From contig NC_068995.1 of the NCBI RefSeq assembly GCF_001194135.2, positions 10,524,946-10,558,613 on the forward strand: 33,668 nt of DNA. Direction: 5' to 3'. Shown piece after piece: positions 12,890-25,700 of this stretch; position 1 is the stretch's first letter, and each line of letters begins with the position of its first letter. Under the pieces are notes generated by a model. That model was not told the origin of the DNA, ran no database searches, and was given only the letters and a program-made list of their open reading frames with translations. This DNA comes from Octopus bimaculoides. Lineage: Eukaryota. Both the position numbers and the translations under genes were made by a program.

Positions 12890-15800
12890 GATAGTGTGTA
12901 ATTTTGAGGGATGCTTGGCTGCTATTTCTAGCAGGTAGTGAGACCACATATAGCAATGGTTCTCAAGCTTTTTAATATATCCAGGTCAGATCTAAAACAT
13001 GGATTTGTTTAGGAGACCCACACCAAAAAAAACGTAAAACACAAGTCAATTAAATAAAAATCTATTATATTTATAGAGGGAAGACTATTGGGGGCTATCA
13101 GAAGGATGCTTGAGGGCCACATGTGTCCATGAGAGTCACAGTTGAGAGCTGTTGACATAGAGGCTCCCTCTATTGGCTTGACTAAATGCCATTGTAGATT
13201 CTGGTGGTTTTGGATGTAATTTGAGTATGATGAGGTAATCATTAGAGTTGAGTCTGGCTGACCCTCTGGGTCATTACAAAATGCATACAGTTTAGGGGTC
13301 TGTGTAGGAGTGTGAAGGTCAACCGGACCAAACCGAATAAGAATAAACACCACATCTCTTCATGCTAAAAGTTAAGGTAGGATTTTAACCAATCAACAAG
13401 CTCAGAAAAGTAACAATTAACATATGAATAAGCTGCACTAATCTACTCCATGTCACACTCCACTCCACACCAGACTCCATGCTGCACTCCACACCACACT
13501 GCACTCCACACCACACCACACTCCACGTCACGCCACACACCACACCCTACATCACACCACAACACAATCCACATCATGCCACACTCCACATCATGTCACA
13601 CTCTGCATCACGCCACACTCCATGCCACAGCACACTCTTCCTCGCGCTGCATCGCACCACACTCCGCATCATGCCAGACTCCACATTACATTGCACCACA
13701 CTACACTCTGCATCACACTACGCCCCACTCCACCACACCATGCCATACCACACTCCACTCCATGTCACACCGCATCCCATTCCATTCCACACGACACTCC
13801 ACTACCACTCCAAATACTTACACAGTGCACCTTCTTGCTAACCACATCAGCAATCAGTGTCTGACGTTTTTCACAGTAAGTTTTCAGTACAATTCCAGGT
13901 TTCTCCTTCTGACCATTCCAACTGTAGTGAATTAATGAGCCTATGGACGGAATCTGTAAAGAGGAGTAGACGGAGAGAAATAGTCAGACAGAGATAACAT
14001 GAAAGATGGAGATAAAGAAACTGACAGATTGAGGTTCAACAAAAGAGACATGGGTTGGCATGGGTTGGAAGGATTTGACAGTAGCTGGATAGGCAGAAGA
14101 CTGCACCAGGCTAATAATCATTATTATTAAATCTGTGTTTGTTTTGATATCAAAATTGAAGAAATTGGCCTTGTTTGTAAAAGAGCTGGGTTTGCACCCT
14201 CTAAGCAAGTTTCGTTCTTGCACTTTATGGTCAAGTGCAACCAATGGATGTACAGAAATAAACAGATGAGAAATGACAATAAAAGGTGGCAATGATGATA
14301 AAAGTGATATGTGCACACTTACGTGAGGGAATCCTGTCAGTACAAACATGCAGAATAAAACCAGTGGGGTACCTTCCTGCAAGTGGAAGAAACAAAAACA
14401 TCAGTTTTAGGAACAAGCAAGATAACAACAGAGTTTGATTAATCCTTTTGATACCCACCTACACAAGACCACCCTTGGTCCGACGGCAAAAAACTTCCTA
14501 TTCTGAAGTGGTTTAAATCAGGGGTTTTCAAACTTTTTGACTTTATATTTCAGGCTTTACCTTAGGGACCCCCTTATAAACGCTTATGAAATTTATACAT
14601 AAATATTTGCTTAAAATAACATATTTTTACATTTATTTATTTAACAGTATTTAACAAATAGGTTTATTGTCAATTAAAAGATTTCGATTAAAAAAACATG
14701 TATAAAATCAAATTGCCCATAAAAAGTATTTGCTGTCCGCAGACCACAGTTTGAAAACCCCTGGTTTAAATTATGTAAACAGTCAGACAGACATACTTAC
14801 TCACACACAAACACACACAAAACACACACACATAGACAAAAAAAACACATGCACACACTCAAATACACACACACATATGTGCACAATGGGATTTGTACAG
14901 TTTCCATCTACCAAATTCACTTACAAGGATGTGGTTGGACCAGGGCCATAGCAGAAGACACTTGCCCAAGGTCTTGCACAGTGGGACTGAACCAGAAACC
15001 ACAGAGTTGAGAAGCCAACTTCTTAACCACACAGCCATGCCTATGCTTACACAAAAACTAAAAACAGGATGGTCACAGATGAAATGCTTTTGACCAAAGG
15101 TCATCTACTGTATCACAACTGACCTGGCGTTCAACAACAACAACAACAGCAACAACAATCGCAATAAAAGAAAATTGTACTATAAACATTACATACAGGA
15201 TTTGAAGCAAGCTTCTCAAAGAGTGGTGAGATGCACTCATAGAGGCAGTTAACCACCACCGGGTTCCACTGTTCAGTCTTGTTCAGCTTTTGTATCATAC
15301 AAGCAATTGTGCACGCTTGTTGCGTGTTTCCACTGAAATAGAAAAAGAAGATCAGAAAATTCAAGTTCACTTTACATGCTCTGTTAATATGTTAAATCAG
15401 TGGAGGCGCAATGGCCCAGTAGTTAGGGCAGCGGACTCGCGGTCATAGGATCGCGGTTTTGATTCCCAGACTGGGCGTTGTGAGTGTTTATTGAGCGAAA
15501 ACACCTAAAACTCCATGAGGCTCCAGCAGGGGATGGTGGCGAACCCTGCTGTACTCTTTCACCACAACTTTCTCTCACTCTTTCTTCCTCTTTCTGTTGT
15601 GCCTGTATTTCAAAGGGGCCAGCTTTGTCACACTGTGTCACGGCGAGCTGGCAGAAACGTTAGCATGCCGAGCGAAATGCTTAGTAGTATTTCATCTGCT
15701 GCTACGTTCTGAGTTCAAATTCCACCAAGGTCGACTTTGCCTTTCATCCTTTCAGGGTCGATTAAATAAGTACCAGTTACACACTGGGGTCGATGTAATT

Positions 15801-15960
15801 GACTTAATCCCTTTGTCTGTCCTTGTTTGTCCCCTCTGTGAGTAACCCCTTGTGGGTAGTAAAGAAATAACACTGTGTCACGCTGAATATCCTCGAGAAC
15901 TACATTAAGGGTACACGTGTCTGTGGAGTGCTCAGCCACTTGACGTTAATTTCACGAGCA

Positions 15961-16013
<53 letters not shown>

Positions 16014-18532
16014 ATCATATTTCTCTTTATGTGGATGAGGGATCAGAATGAATTTAAGTCAGTCATATTCAATTAATAAATTGTAATATCTCCCTCTTTT
16101 TTCTCATTGTGTGTGTATGTGTATCTCTCTCTCTCTCTCTCTCTCTCTCACATGCCAAAAAGTAGTCACTAAATCAGCTGCACCCAACTATCACATTCCA
16201 GTCGTGGATATATCAAAAGTGAGACAAGATGGTCATGGTTGGAGCACTTTATAAACACAGATGCACATGACTGAGCAAGCATAGATTCATTCAAACAACG
16301 TGACACTGAGAATTGAAACTCACTATTCAACATTACAGGCACCTTGGTGAAGAAGGAAATTGATCATTTTCTCGCCAACCTTTGCTGTAGCAGAAGGGAA
16401 GTCTGGGAGATCACCAGCCAGGGATTCTATCGATTCATCAGCACACTGAGAAAGAACAAGAGAAAGAACAAGAAAGGAAAACAGATCAGAAAATTTAAGA
16501 AAAATTAGGAAAAATTAAACAGAATTCATTCATAAATGGCTCTTGTGGAAAATGAAGAGCCTTTAAAATATTAAGATTAGTGGTTAAAACAAGCAAAATA
16601 GTAAACCAACACATTCTCTTTGACTTTTTCCATCTCTTTCTCTTCACCACCGCCACCATAACTATCTCTGCTGCCACCATCACCACCATTAAATAGACCT
16701 CATTTAGCCATGAATGACTGTGGGATTGCACCCAGAAAGTTCTCCTCCTAAGCACAAGTCTGGGCAAGGTTGTTTATGGAAGACCAACAGTCGCCCATGC
16801 ATACCAGCCTCCCCTCTTCACGCCACTGATCTTATCCAAAGGCTCTGGCAGGGGGTGATAGCAAACCCTGTCATACTCTTTAATCACAGCTTTCACTCAC
16901 TCTTCCTTCCTATTTCTGTTGTACCTGTATTTCAAAGGGGCCAGCTTTGTCACACTCTGAGTCACGCTGAATCTCCCCCGAGAACTACATTAAAGATACA
17001 CGTGTCTGTGGAGTGCTCAGCCACTTGCATATTAATTTCATGAGCAGGCTGTTCCGTTGATCGGATCAACTGGAACCCTCATCGTCGTAAGCAACGGAGT
17101 GTCACATCATAATAGAAAACACTTGAGAGATTGATAGAATAAGTAACAGATTTAAAATGTAAAGTACTAGGGATTCCTCAAAGCAGGGTCCCAGCATGGC
17201 CGCAGTCTAATGACTGAAACAGACAAAAGATGGACAAAATGCCATGAAACATTTTGTCCAGCATTTTTAACAGTTCTGACAGCTTGCCACCTTACCAAGC
17301 AAACACTAACACTAAAAGACTATACATAAATAGTTGACTAAAAGAACTTAAAAGCAGACCCTTAAGATGGTTGCAGTCTAATGATTGAAACCAGTAAAAA
17401 GAACAAAAGGATAAAACATGAAAGATACAAGAAAAATTAAGGAAAAAGGTTAACGAAAGAAATATACCTTGAGGGAGCTTCTACAGAGGAGACGTGTTAG
17501 CAGCCCAGTTGCCATAAACCGGGTTGTGCTGTCGTAATTGGTGTCAATGCTGCAAATATAAAGAAAAGGTGGAATGAGAAATGTGTAGTCTAAACAACAC
17601 AATGGATTTTACAGAGCTTGAGGTGTCTTCTGAAATACAGCGGATCACCAGATGTCTCGATGACAAGGGACTGAGACTTCAAGTGATTCACTGTACCTGA
17701 GAAGACACGTCAAGCTAAGTAAAATCACAGCCATCCATACATACAGGTAAGTTGTTTATGGCCGTGCCCCACGCCCATCCCACCCCACCGACTCCCTTTC
17801 CCAGCTGAGAGGTATTTGTCTTTTTAGGTACTGGTTCCACATAAAATGCACTCATGCCTGTGACAGGTAGGAAGCACACAAGCCGTTCCCACAACAAACG
17901 CACTCGTGCCAGTGCCACGCTGAGTGCACTCGCATCAATGCCACATTAATTGCACTCGTGCCAGTGCTACATAGGGGGCACCCATGCCGGCAGCACATAA
18001 CAAGCACCCAGCACACTCTGTAAAGTGGTTGGCATTAGGAAGGGCATCCTGCCGTAGAAACCATGCAAAAACAGACAACTGGAGCTTGGACAGCTCTCCA
18101 GCTGGGCAGCACCTACCAAACTGTCCAACCCATGCCAGCATGGAAAGCAGACATTAAAGGATGATGATGATGAGATATATATATATATATTTGTTTATTC
18201 CACAATACTGCTTTGCATAGCTATTATATAATTTGTTTCAGCCTGGCAGCCATTGTATTCTGTCAGTAAATATTTTCTACAGATTTTCTATAAGAAAGCT
18301 ACAAGACTTCTGAAGTCATTTTAGAGTTATCTTACTTGGTATCTGGGGTTGACAATAGCTAAGGAATTTGAGGATGCTCTAAGATGACTGTTGGTGTTTT
18401 ATCAGCTGTTGCCTAAAGGAAGAATTTTCTCCATGGAAAACCACAGTGAAAATAGCCTTTACACAGGTCAAATATGTCCCAAACATATCTGAACTGATCT
18501 AAAATAATATATATATATATTTGCTTATTTTT

Positions 18533-18594
<62 letters not shown>

Positions 18595-21500
18595 TATCTA
18601 CATAAATATCAAACAATGAGAATGAGTATTCAAGACCATATTAGTTGGTAAAGATTCTTTATTTGTGCACTAAGACTACCATTGGTTTCATGTTAAAGAA
18701 TATCTCAAAAATAGGCTATATAATTGTTGAGGTATTCTGTAACATGAAACCAATAGTAGCCTCAATACACAAATACATATTATATATATAAATGGAGGGA
18801 GATAACTCTAAAAGTAAATCAATAAATATGGATCAATACAATGACCACTTGACAAAATACTAAGGGCTGGGGTGATATAATTAACTAAAATCCTTAAAGA
18901 TGGAGTCCCAGCATGGCCCCTACCCATCAGCTAAAACCAGTAAAAGAATGAAAATAAACAAATAAGAAGAAAAAGCCTACATACAATGATATTTTCAGCA
19001 TGGTCTTCAAGAAATGTGTGAAGGTCTCGAGGCTCATATTTTCACTTTTGTTGGCAGTTATCTGGTAAGGAAAGACAATGATTGTAAAAGCCATGCCAAA
19101 TGAGACACAGAAGTCCGGTGTAGACTCCTGCTTCGCCGGTTCCTGTCATACCGTCCAATCCATACAACCATGGAAGGCAAACGTTAAACAATGATGATTT
19201 AAACAATGTAAAACTTCAGGTGGAAAAGCATCAAATATAAAAACAATTTCAGATTTGGCCACAAGGCCAGCAGTTTGGAGGGGATCAAAGGAAGAAGTTG
19301 ATTACACTGACCCCCTACTTGACTGGAACTTATTTTACCGACCCCAAAAGGATGAAAGGCAAAGTTAACCCCTGATGGAATTTGAACACAGAACATAAAG
19401 ACTAACAAACTGCCACAAAACATTTTGCCCGTCATACTAACAATTCTACGAGTTCAACACCTTGATAATAATTCTGAAATTTGTGGGGAGGGGCTAGTCG
19501 ATTACATTAGCTCCAGTGTTGTTTTATTGACCCTAAAGGGATGAAAAGCAAAGTCAACCCCAGCAGAATTTAAATTCACAACACAACGTCGCCTTCTTGG
19601 CACTTGTACCAGTGGCACATGAAAAGACATTCAAGCAAGTTTGTTGCCAGTACCGCAGGACTGGCCCTTGTGCAGGTGGCACGTAAAATACACCATTTTG
19701 AGCATGGCCGTTGCCAGTACCTCCTGACTGGCCTTCGTGCCGGTGGCACGTAAAAGCAACCACTACACTCTCGGAGTTGTTGGCGTTAGGAAGGGCATCC
19801 AACTGTAAAAACTCTGCCAGATCAGATTGGTGCCTGGTGCAGCCATCTGGTTCACCAGTCCTCAGTCAAATCGTCCAACCCATGCTAGCATGGAAAGCGG
19901 ACATTAAACGATGATGATGATGATGATATACACACACACACACAATGGGCTTCTTTCAGTTTCCATCCACCAAATCCACTCACAAGACTTTGGTCTATAG
20001 TAGAAGATACCCGAGGTACCATACATACACACACACACACACGTATAATGTTTGTGTGCATACCGTTGATTTAGAGTTTCCTGAGAACAATGTACCGAGC
20101 AGGGAGAGCAGTTTGAAGTGGATGTGACTGGAGAAAAACTGTTCGTCGCATGTCTCCATCAACAGTGGCTCTTTCAAGAAGTTCATTTCGTCTGAAACGA
20201 CAATAACAAAACATAAGCAACATGGTTAGACTTGTCTAATGTGTGAATGAAAGTGAGGGAAGTGAAGAGCATAAGATCAGTAATTTGAGACTGGTCATGT
20301 ATATATCGACCATCACATGTATAAGATATGGGTGCACGTGTGTTATGGGTAACCATGCCACATATAAGGCCCATATGCCGGTGCCACATATAAAGTACCC
20401 ATGGTAGTGCCACATAAAAAGCACCCGGTTCACTCTGTAAAGCGGTTGGTGCTAGGAAAGGCATCCTTCCAACCATAGCAACCATGCCAAAACAGGCAAT
20501 AAAAGGCAGGGAGACTCTCCAGATGGCCAGCTCTTGTCACACTGTCCAACCCATGCCAGCATGGAAAATGGACGTTAAATGATAATGACGATGATGATGA
20601 TGTGCGTGAGCATATGTATGTGTAGAATGGGGTGTATGTTTGAGTGTATATACAATGCTAGCTATTCTTATCTCCAGATTATAGCTCTGGCTAAGTACAT
20701 ATCACCATCATCATCATCATCATCATTTTAATGTTCTCTTTTCCATGCTTGAATGCATCGGAAACAGTTTGTTCGTTGGGGCAGGTTTTCTAAGGCCGGA
20801 TACTTTTCCTGTTGCCAATCTTCACCCGTTTCCAAACAAAGTAATATTTCTCCACGGCTGAACATGGTCTCAAAGAGTATTTGAAACAACAATCAAGTGA
20901 TGTCAAAACAAGTACACACACACACACACACACAACAGAAGGTATTGGACAGCCCAGGACTATAGTAAAAGACACCCAAGGTGGCATGTAGTGAGACTGA
21001 ACCTGAAACCATGTGGTTAGAAGGCAAATTTCTTAACCACACAGCCATGCTCGTAACCATTATAATCAAAACTACCAAAGCTCTGATCATCGCATCATTT
21101 TGTTAAGGATAGCAAGCATCCTCATCTGTTTTAAGCCATCAGGATGTAATTTGAAGAAATTTCTTTACATGCTATTTTTTCCATGATTGCATACAAGTAT
21201 CTATGGAGTAAATAAAGTTCATGTTGATTGGGACTTCGAATTTCACCTATCAGTTCATCAACCAGTGAAGAAAGCTTCAATTTCTCACATTTCTAAAGGA
21301 AAAACAATAGGATGGTGGGGTAGGCAATTTAGCTGAGGTATACTCACCCTCACTGAACCCGTTCAGGAGGTCATTTAGGACCATGTTGATACAGTTGTTG
21401 TTGAGATTAACAGCCAATTCGTGGTACCGGATCCCACATGTGTCAGCAGGCTGGTGCGTCATCCTGTTTAACTGCAGAGCCAGGCAGCTATATAGGAGCC

Positions 21501-22742
21501 AGGCATGTTGTTGTATGTAGGTCTCTATCACAATGGACTTTGCTACACAAATAAACAAATATACCATTTTATACAAAGGTGTGTACGTGTGTGTATGTGT
21601 GGGAAGGGGTTATTGTAGGAAATTTAACCCTTCAGCATTTAAACTGGCCATATCAAGCCCAAATATTTTACCTTAATATTCAAACCAGCCAGATCTGAAC
21701 TTTCGAATGTTGTTATTATTATCATTATTATTATTATTCAGGTCACTGCCCGGGATCGAACTCAGAATCTTGGGGTTAGTAGCCTACGCTCTTAACCACT
21801 ATGCCATACGCCATAATAACAACAACAACAACATCGAAAAATATCTTAGGAATGAGAACCCAGGTTCAAAACTTCCAAGATACCTGATGAAGGCTGGAGG
21901 GGATATCAGCCAAAATATTGTGTTAACAACAAACAAGATGAGGACAAATATCCATCAAATGTAAATAATGTAAATAATGTCAGATTATTCTATCGAATAT
22001 AATGTTTATTTATTCAAATTGTTTTGAAGTAATAATGCATTATCTCATAGTTTTGAGATTTCAACGATGTGATTGTTTCTTTTCAGAATGGCATTGTAGA
22101 GTAGGTGTGAAAGGCCGGATCTAGCCAGTTTGAACATAAAACAGGTAGAATATATGGCTGGTTTAAATGTTAAAGGGTTAACCTTATCCAGTTGTAATGG
22201 ATCAGCTGGTACTAGTCAACATGGCCAGTACACTGTTATGATAATTCCTTTTAGAGGACAAATAATAATAATAATAATGTTTAACAGACATGTATGCACG
22301 CATGAATGGATTGGTTGATAGATACACACACATGTGCATACATAATGGTAAAGTAGTGTAATAAAAAAAAATATCCAGATTTTGATTAGTGCTAGTAGCA
22401 ATTAAAATACATGTAAATTAGAATAATTTTTGAAGAATCACAATAAAGATGGTGAGAGAAAGAGAGACCACAACTTACATTTGAGGCGAGGAATGATTTT
22501 GACTTTGTGACTAGTTTTGTGGCTAAAATATTAAACAACACAACAGTTATTTACATTTAAAAAAATGATAATTATAAATTTAACTACATAATGCCAAAAT
22601 CTGCCACTGATATGGAAGCAGGATAATTGACAGATGATAAAAACACTGAATCAAAATAGTAGCAAGCATAAATTGTAATTCTTCGAAACATATGTCGGAA
22701 TAAATGTATGCAGTTATAATATGCGTTTACTCCATTCTTTAA

Positions 22743-22794
<52 letters not shown>

Positions 22795-25700
22795 AAGAAG
22801 GTTTGGAGGTGATGTACAGGAATTATATATTAGAAAAAATAATAAGGTACTCAAATATCTGGATGGTTGTACATTTACAGATTTTTATTAATATCTCACA
22901 TGTTTTTTATAAATTAGCGCTTGCATCTATTCTTGTAGATTCTCCAGATTCTCCTGTAGTGGACTAAACATGGACGATCCAATCCAGTTCATTACCTCAA
23001 ACAGAAATAAATACGAAAATATAAAGGAGAAAAGCAGACATAACGTACGGCGAAGGAACCTGTCCAAGCTTGTAACATCCGAAACAGACATGGTAGCTGC
23101 ATTCAACACATTGAACTCTGGTCCCCATAATATAACCGTTACAAACATCACAGTGATAACTGTAAATTGAGTAAATATAAAATAAAAGAAAAGAGAATCA
23201 GTCTTAAACAAAGTCATTACCATCATCATCATCATCATCACATAGCTTATAACTAGACATGTACTATGTCCACAGCCAGGATACCTACACATAAGTAAGT
23301 ACCACAGTGTGGTACTTTACTGAGTCTATGGTCAAGATGCACAACTGTCATCAGCTGAGTCCGCCTAGATATATGTAGGTACCACAGAATAGTAAAAAGC
23401 ACATTACTGTGTCCACAGCCAAGATACTTAACTCTCACTAGATCGGTCCACATAGCTATAAGTAAGGGCCACAATTTGGTATAGTTTTATAGCATTTATG
23501 GCAATGCACTCACTGTACTGAGTCTATTACCAATGTTAAATGTTGAAGACATTCACACACACACACACACACACAGAATTACAATTTGTCAGGCTTTCAT
23601 TAAACTTCTTGTGCCATTATACAATACATGTATGATGGCCCCTTTCTCATTAAACCCTCCGATCATCAATCAGTTCACCTAGCTGTAAATAAGAATTGCA
23701 GTCTGGTATAATTACACAATGTTCTTGAACAAGACACTTAACTAACAAAATCCCAACCCACCAAGCTATAAACAGGTACATCATCATCATCATCATCATC
23801 ATCATTATCGTTTAACGTCCGCTTTCCATGCTAGCATGGGTTGGACGATTTGACTGAGGACTGGTGAAACCCGATGGCTACACCAGGCTCCAATCTGATT
23901 TGGCAGGGTTTCTACAGCTGGATGCCCTTCCTAACGCCAACCACTCACAGAGTGCAGTGGGTGCTTTTACGTGTCACCGGCACGAAGGCCAGTCAGGTGG
24001 GTACTGGCAATGGCCACGCTCAAAATNNNNNNNNNNNNNNNNNNNNNNNNNNNNNNNNNNNNNNNNNNNNNNNNNNNNNNNNNNNNNNNNNNNNNNNNNN
24101 NNNNNNNNNNNNNNNNNNNNNNNNNNNNNNNNNNNNNNNNNNNNNNNNNNNNNNNNNNNNNNNNNNNNNNNNNNNNNNNNNNNNNNNNNNNNNNNNNNNN
24201 NNNNNNNNNNNNNNNNNNNNNNNNNNNNNNNNNNNNNNNNNNNNNNNNNNNNNNNNNNNNNNNNNNNNNNNNNNNNNNNNNNNNNNNNNNNNNNNNNNNN
24301 NNNNNNNNNNNNNNNNNNNNNNNNNNNNNNNNNNNNNNNNNNNNNNNNNNNNNNNNNNNNNNNNNNNNNNNNNNNNNNNNNNNNNNNNNNNNNNNNNNNN
24401 NNNNNNNNNNNNNNNNNNNNNNNNNNNNNNNNNNNNNNNNNNNNNNNNNNNNNNNNNNNNNNNNNNNNNNNNNNNNNNNNNNNNNNNNNNNNNNNNNNNN
24501 NNNNNNNNNNNNNNNNNNNNNNNNNNNNNNNNNNNNNNNNNNNNNNNNNNNNNNNNNNNNNNNNNNNNNNNNNNNNNNNNNNNNNNNNNNNNNNNNNNNN
24601 NNNNNNNNNNNNNNNNNNNNNNNNNNNNNNNNNNNNNNNNNNNNNNNNNNNNNNNNNNNNNNNNNNNNNNNNNNNNNNNNNNNNNNNNNNNNNNNNNNNN
24701 NNNNNNNNNNNNNNNNNNNNNNNNNNNNNNNNNNNNNNNNNNNNNNNNNNNNNNNNNNNNNNNNNNNNNNNNNNNNNNNNNNNNNNNNNNNNNNNNNNNN
24801 NNNNNNNNNNNNNNNNNNNNNNNNNNNNNNNNNNNNNNNNNNNNNNNNNNNNNNNNNNNNNNNNNNNNNNNNNNNNNNNNNNNNNNNNNNNNNNNNNNNN
24901 NNNNNNNNNNNNNNNNNNNNNNNNNNNNNNNNNNNNNNNNNNNNNNNNNNNNNNNNNNNNNNNGCCTCTGCTAGATCGCTGCCTTTTTTTTCTGGAGCAA
25001 CGTGAAATGAAGTGTTTTGCTCAAGAACACAACGCGTCGTCCGGTCCAGGAATCGAAACCACAATCTTACAATCATGAAGCTGACACCCTAACCACTAAG
25101 CCACGCGTTTCCCCCCTTATCACTCAGCCCTTATCTTGCAAACCTTCAGCTCTCACTCATTCTGATGATGGAATACCAACCTCCAGTTATACACGAGGCA
25201 CAAAAATCAAGGGCAGAACACTGAAGGCATTTATAGTGGCTGTGTACGATCTTCTGGCAACTGTTGCATTCAAACTGCATTTCCAGAAGCATCGAGAATT
25301 TGGACATAAAAATCACCATATCCTGAAACGAAGAAAAAAAGAGAAAAGAAAAAAATAACAAAATTAATATTAAATATCAGTATTACTACTACTACTACAA
25401 TAAAAAAAAATTCTTCACTTCAAAACATGTTACAAAAACTTATACACTCCAAGGTGTTCCAGGAACCTTTGACATTTGTTTTCACATCCATTTTTCCATG
25501 CTGGCATGGGTTAGATGAATATGTTAATGAAGCATATTTATACAGCCCGTTACCTTTCCTGTCATTAAGCCCTACTTGTTTTTTATGCAAGATATCTCAT
25601 TTTATATATCTTCAAAAGTAAAATATCAGATGACTTGTTGACAAGGTAAATAGCAACAATGTCACCACTTGTAGCACAGCAATTCTGGGAATGATTTCAA

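Larger units (their letters stand above)
21628..22177. mobile_element. piggyBac-like MITE with a nested insertion
   Basis: TTAA at 21624-21627 and 22178-22181; 26-bp TIR starting CCCTT, 22/26 match. Confidence 0.8.

Noticed and set aside
13450-13935. His/Thr/Pro-rich plus-strand ORFs
   Set aside because: Translation of a pentamer satellite, antisense to exon w18.
14250-14322. Possible U12 AT-AC intron (tract ending ctgtac)
   Set aside because: The donor is GTAAGT, not ATATCCTT, and the 13954 acceptor resolves the frame.
17611-17696. Open GT-AG segment between w13 and w14
   Set aside because: Phase 1-1 is incompatible, and it is a decayed RTE 3' fragment like 12560-12660.
21738-21812. Functional tRNA gene
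   Set aside because: Acceptor and anticodon stems pair poorly and a repeat tail follows; it is a SINE head. The same applies to the B, C, D and E heads.
22684-22700. GAAACATATGTC as a fourth hammerhead
   Set aside because: It has a palindromic stem III and GUC but no upstream CUGANGA or stem II.
22927-23292. ORF-track frame ...MSVSDVTSLDRFLRR as the exon
   Set aside because: Wrong frame; the ZZ finger is in another frame that also fits the phases.
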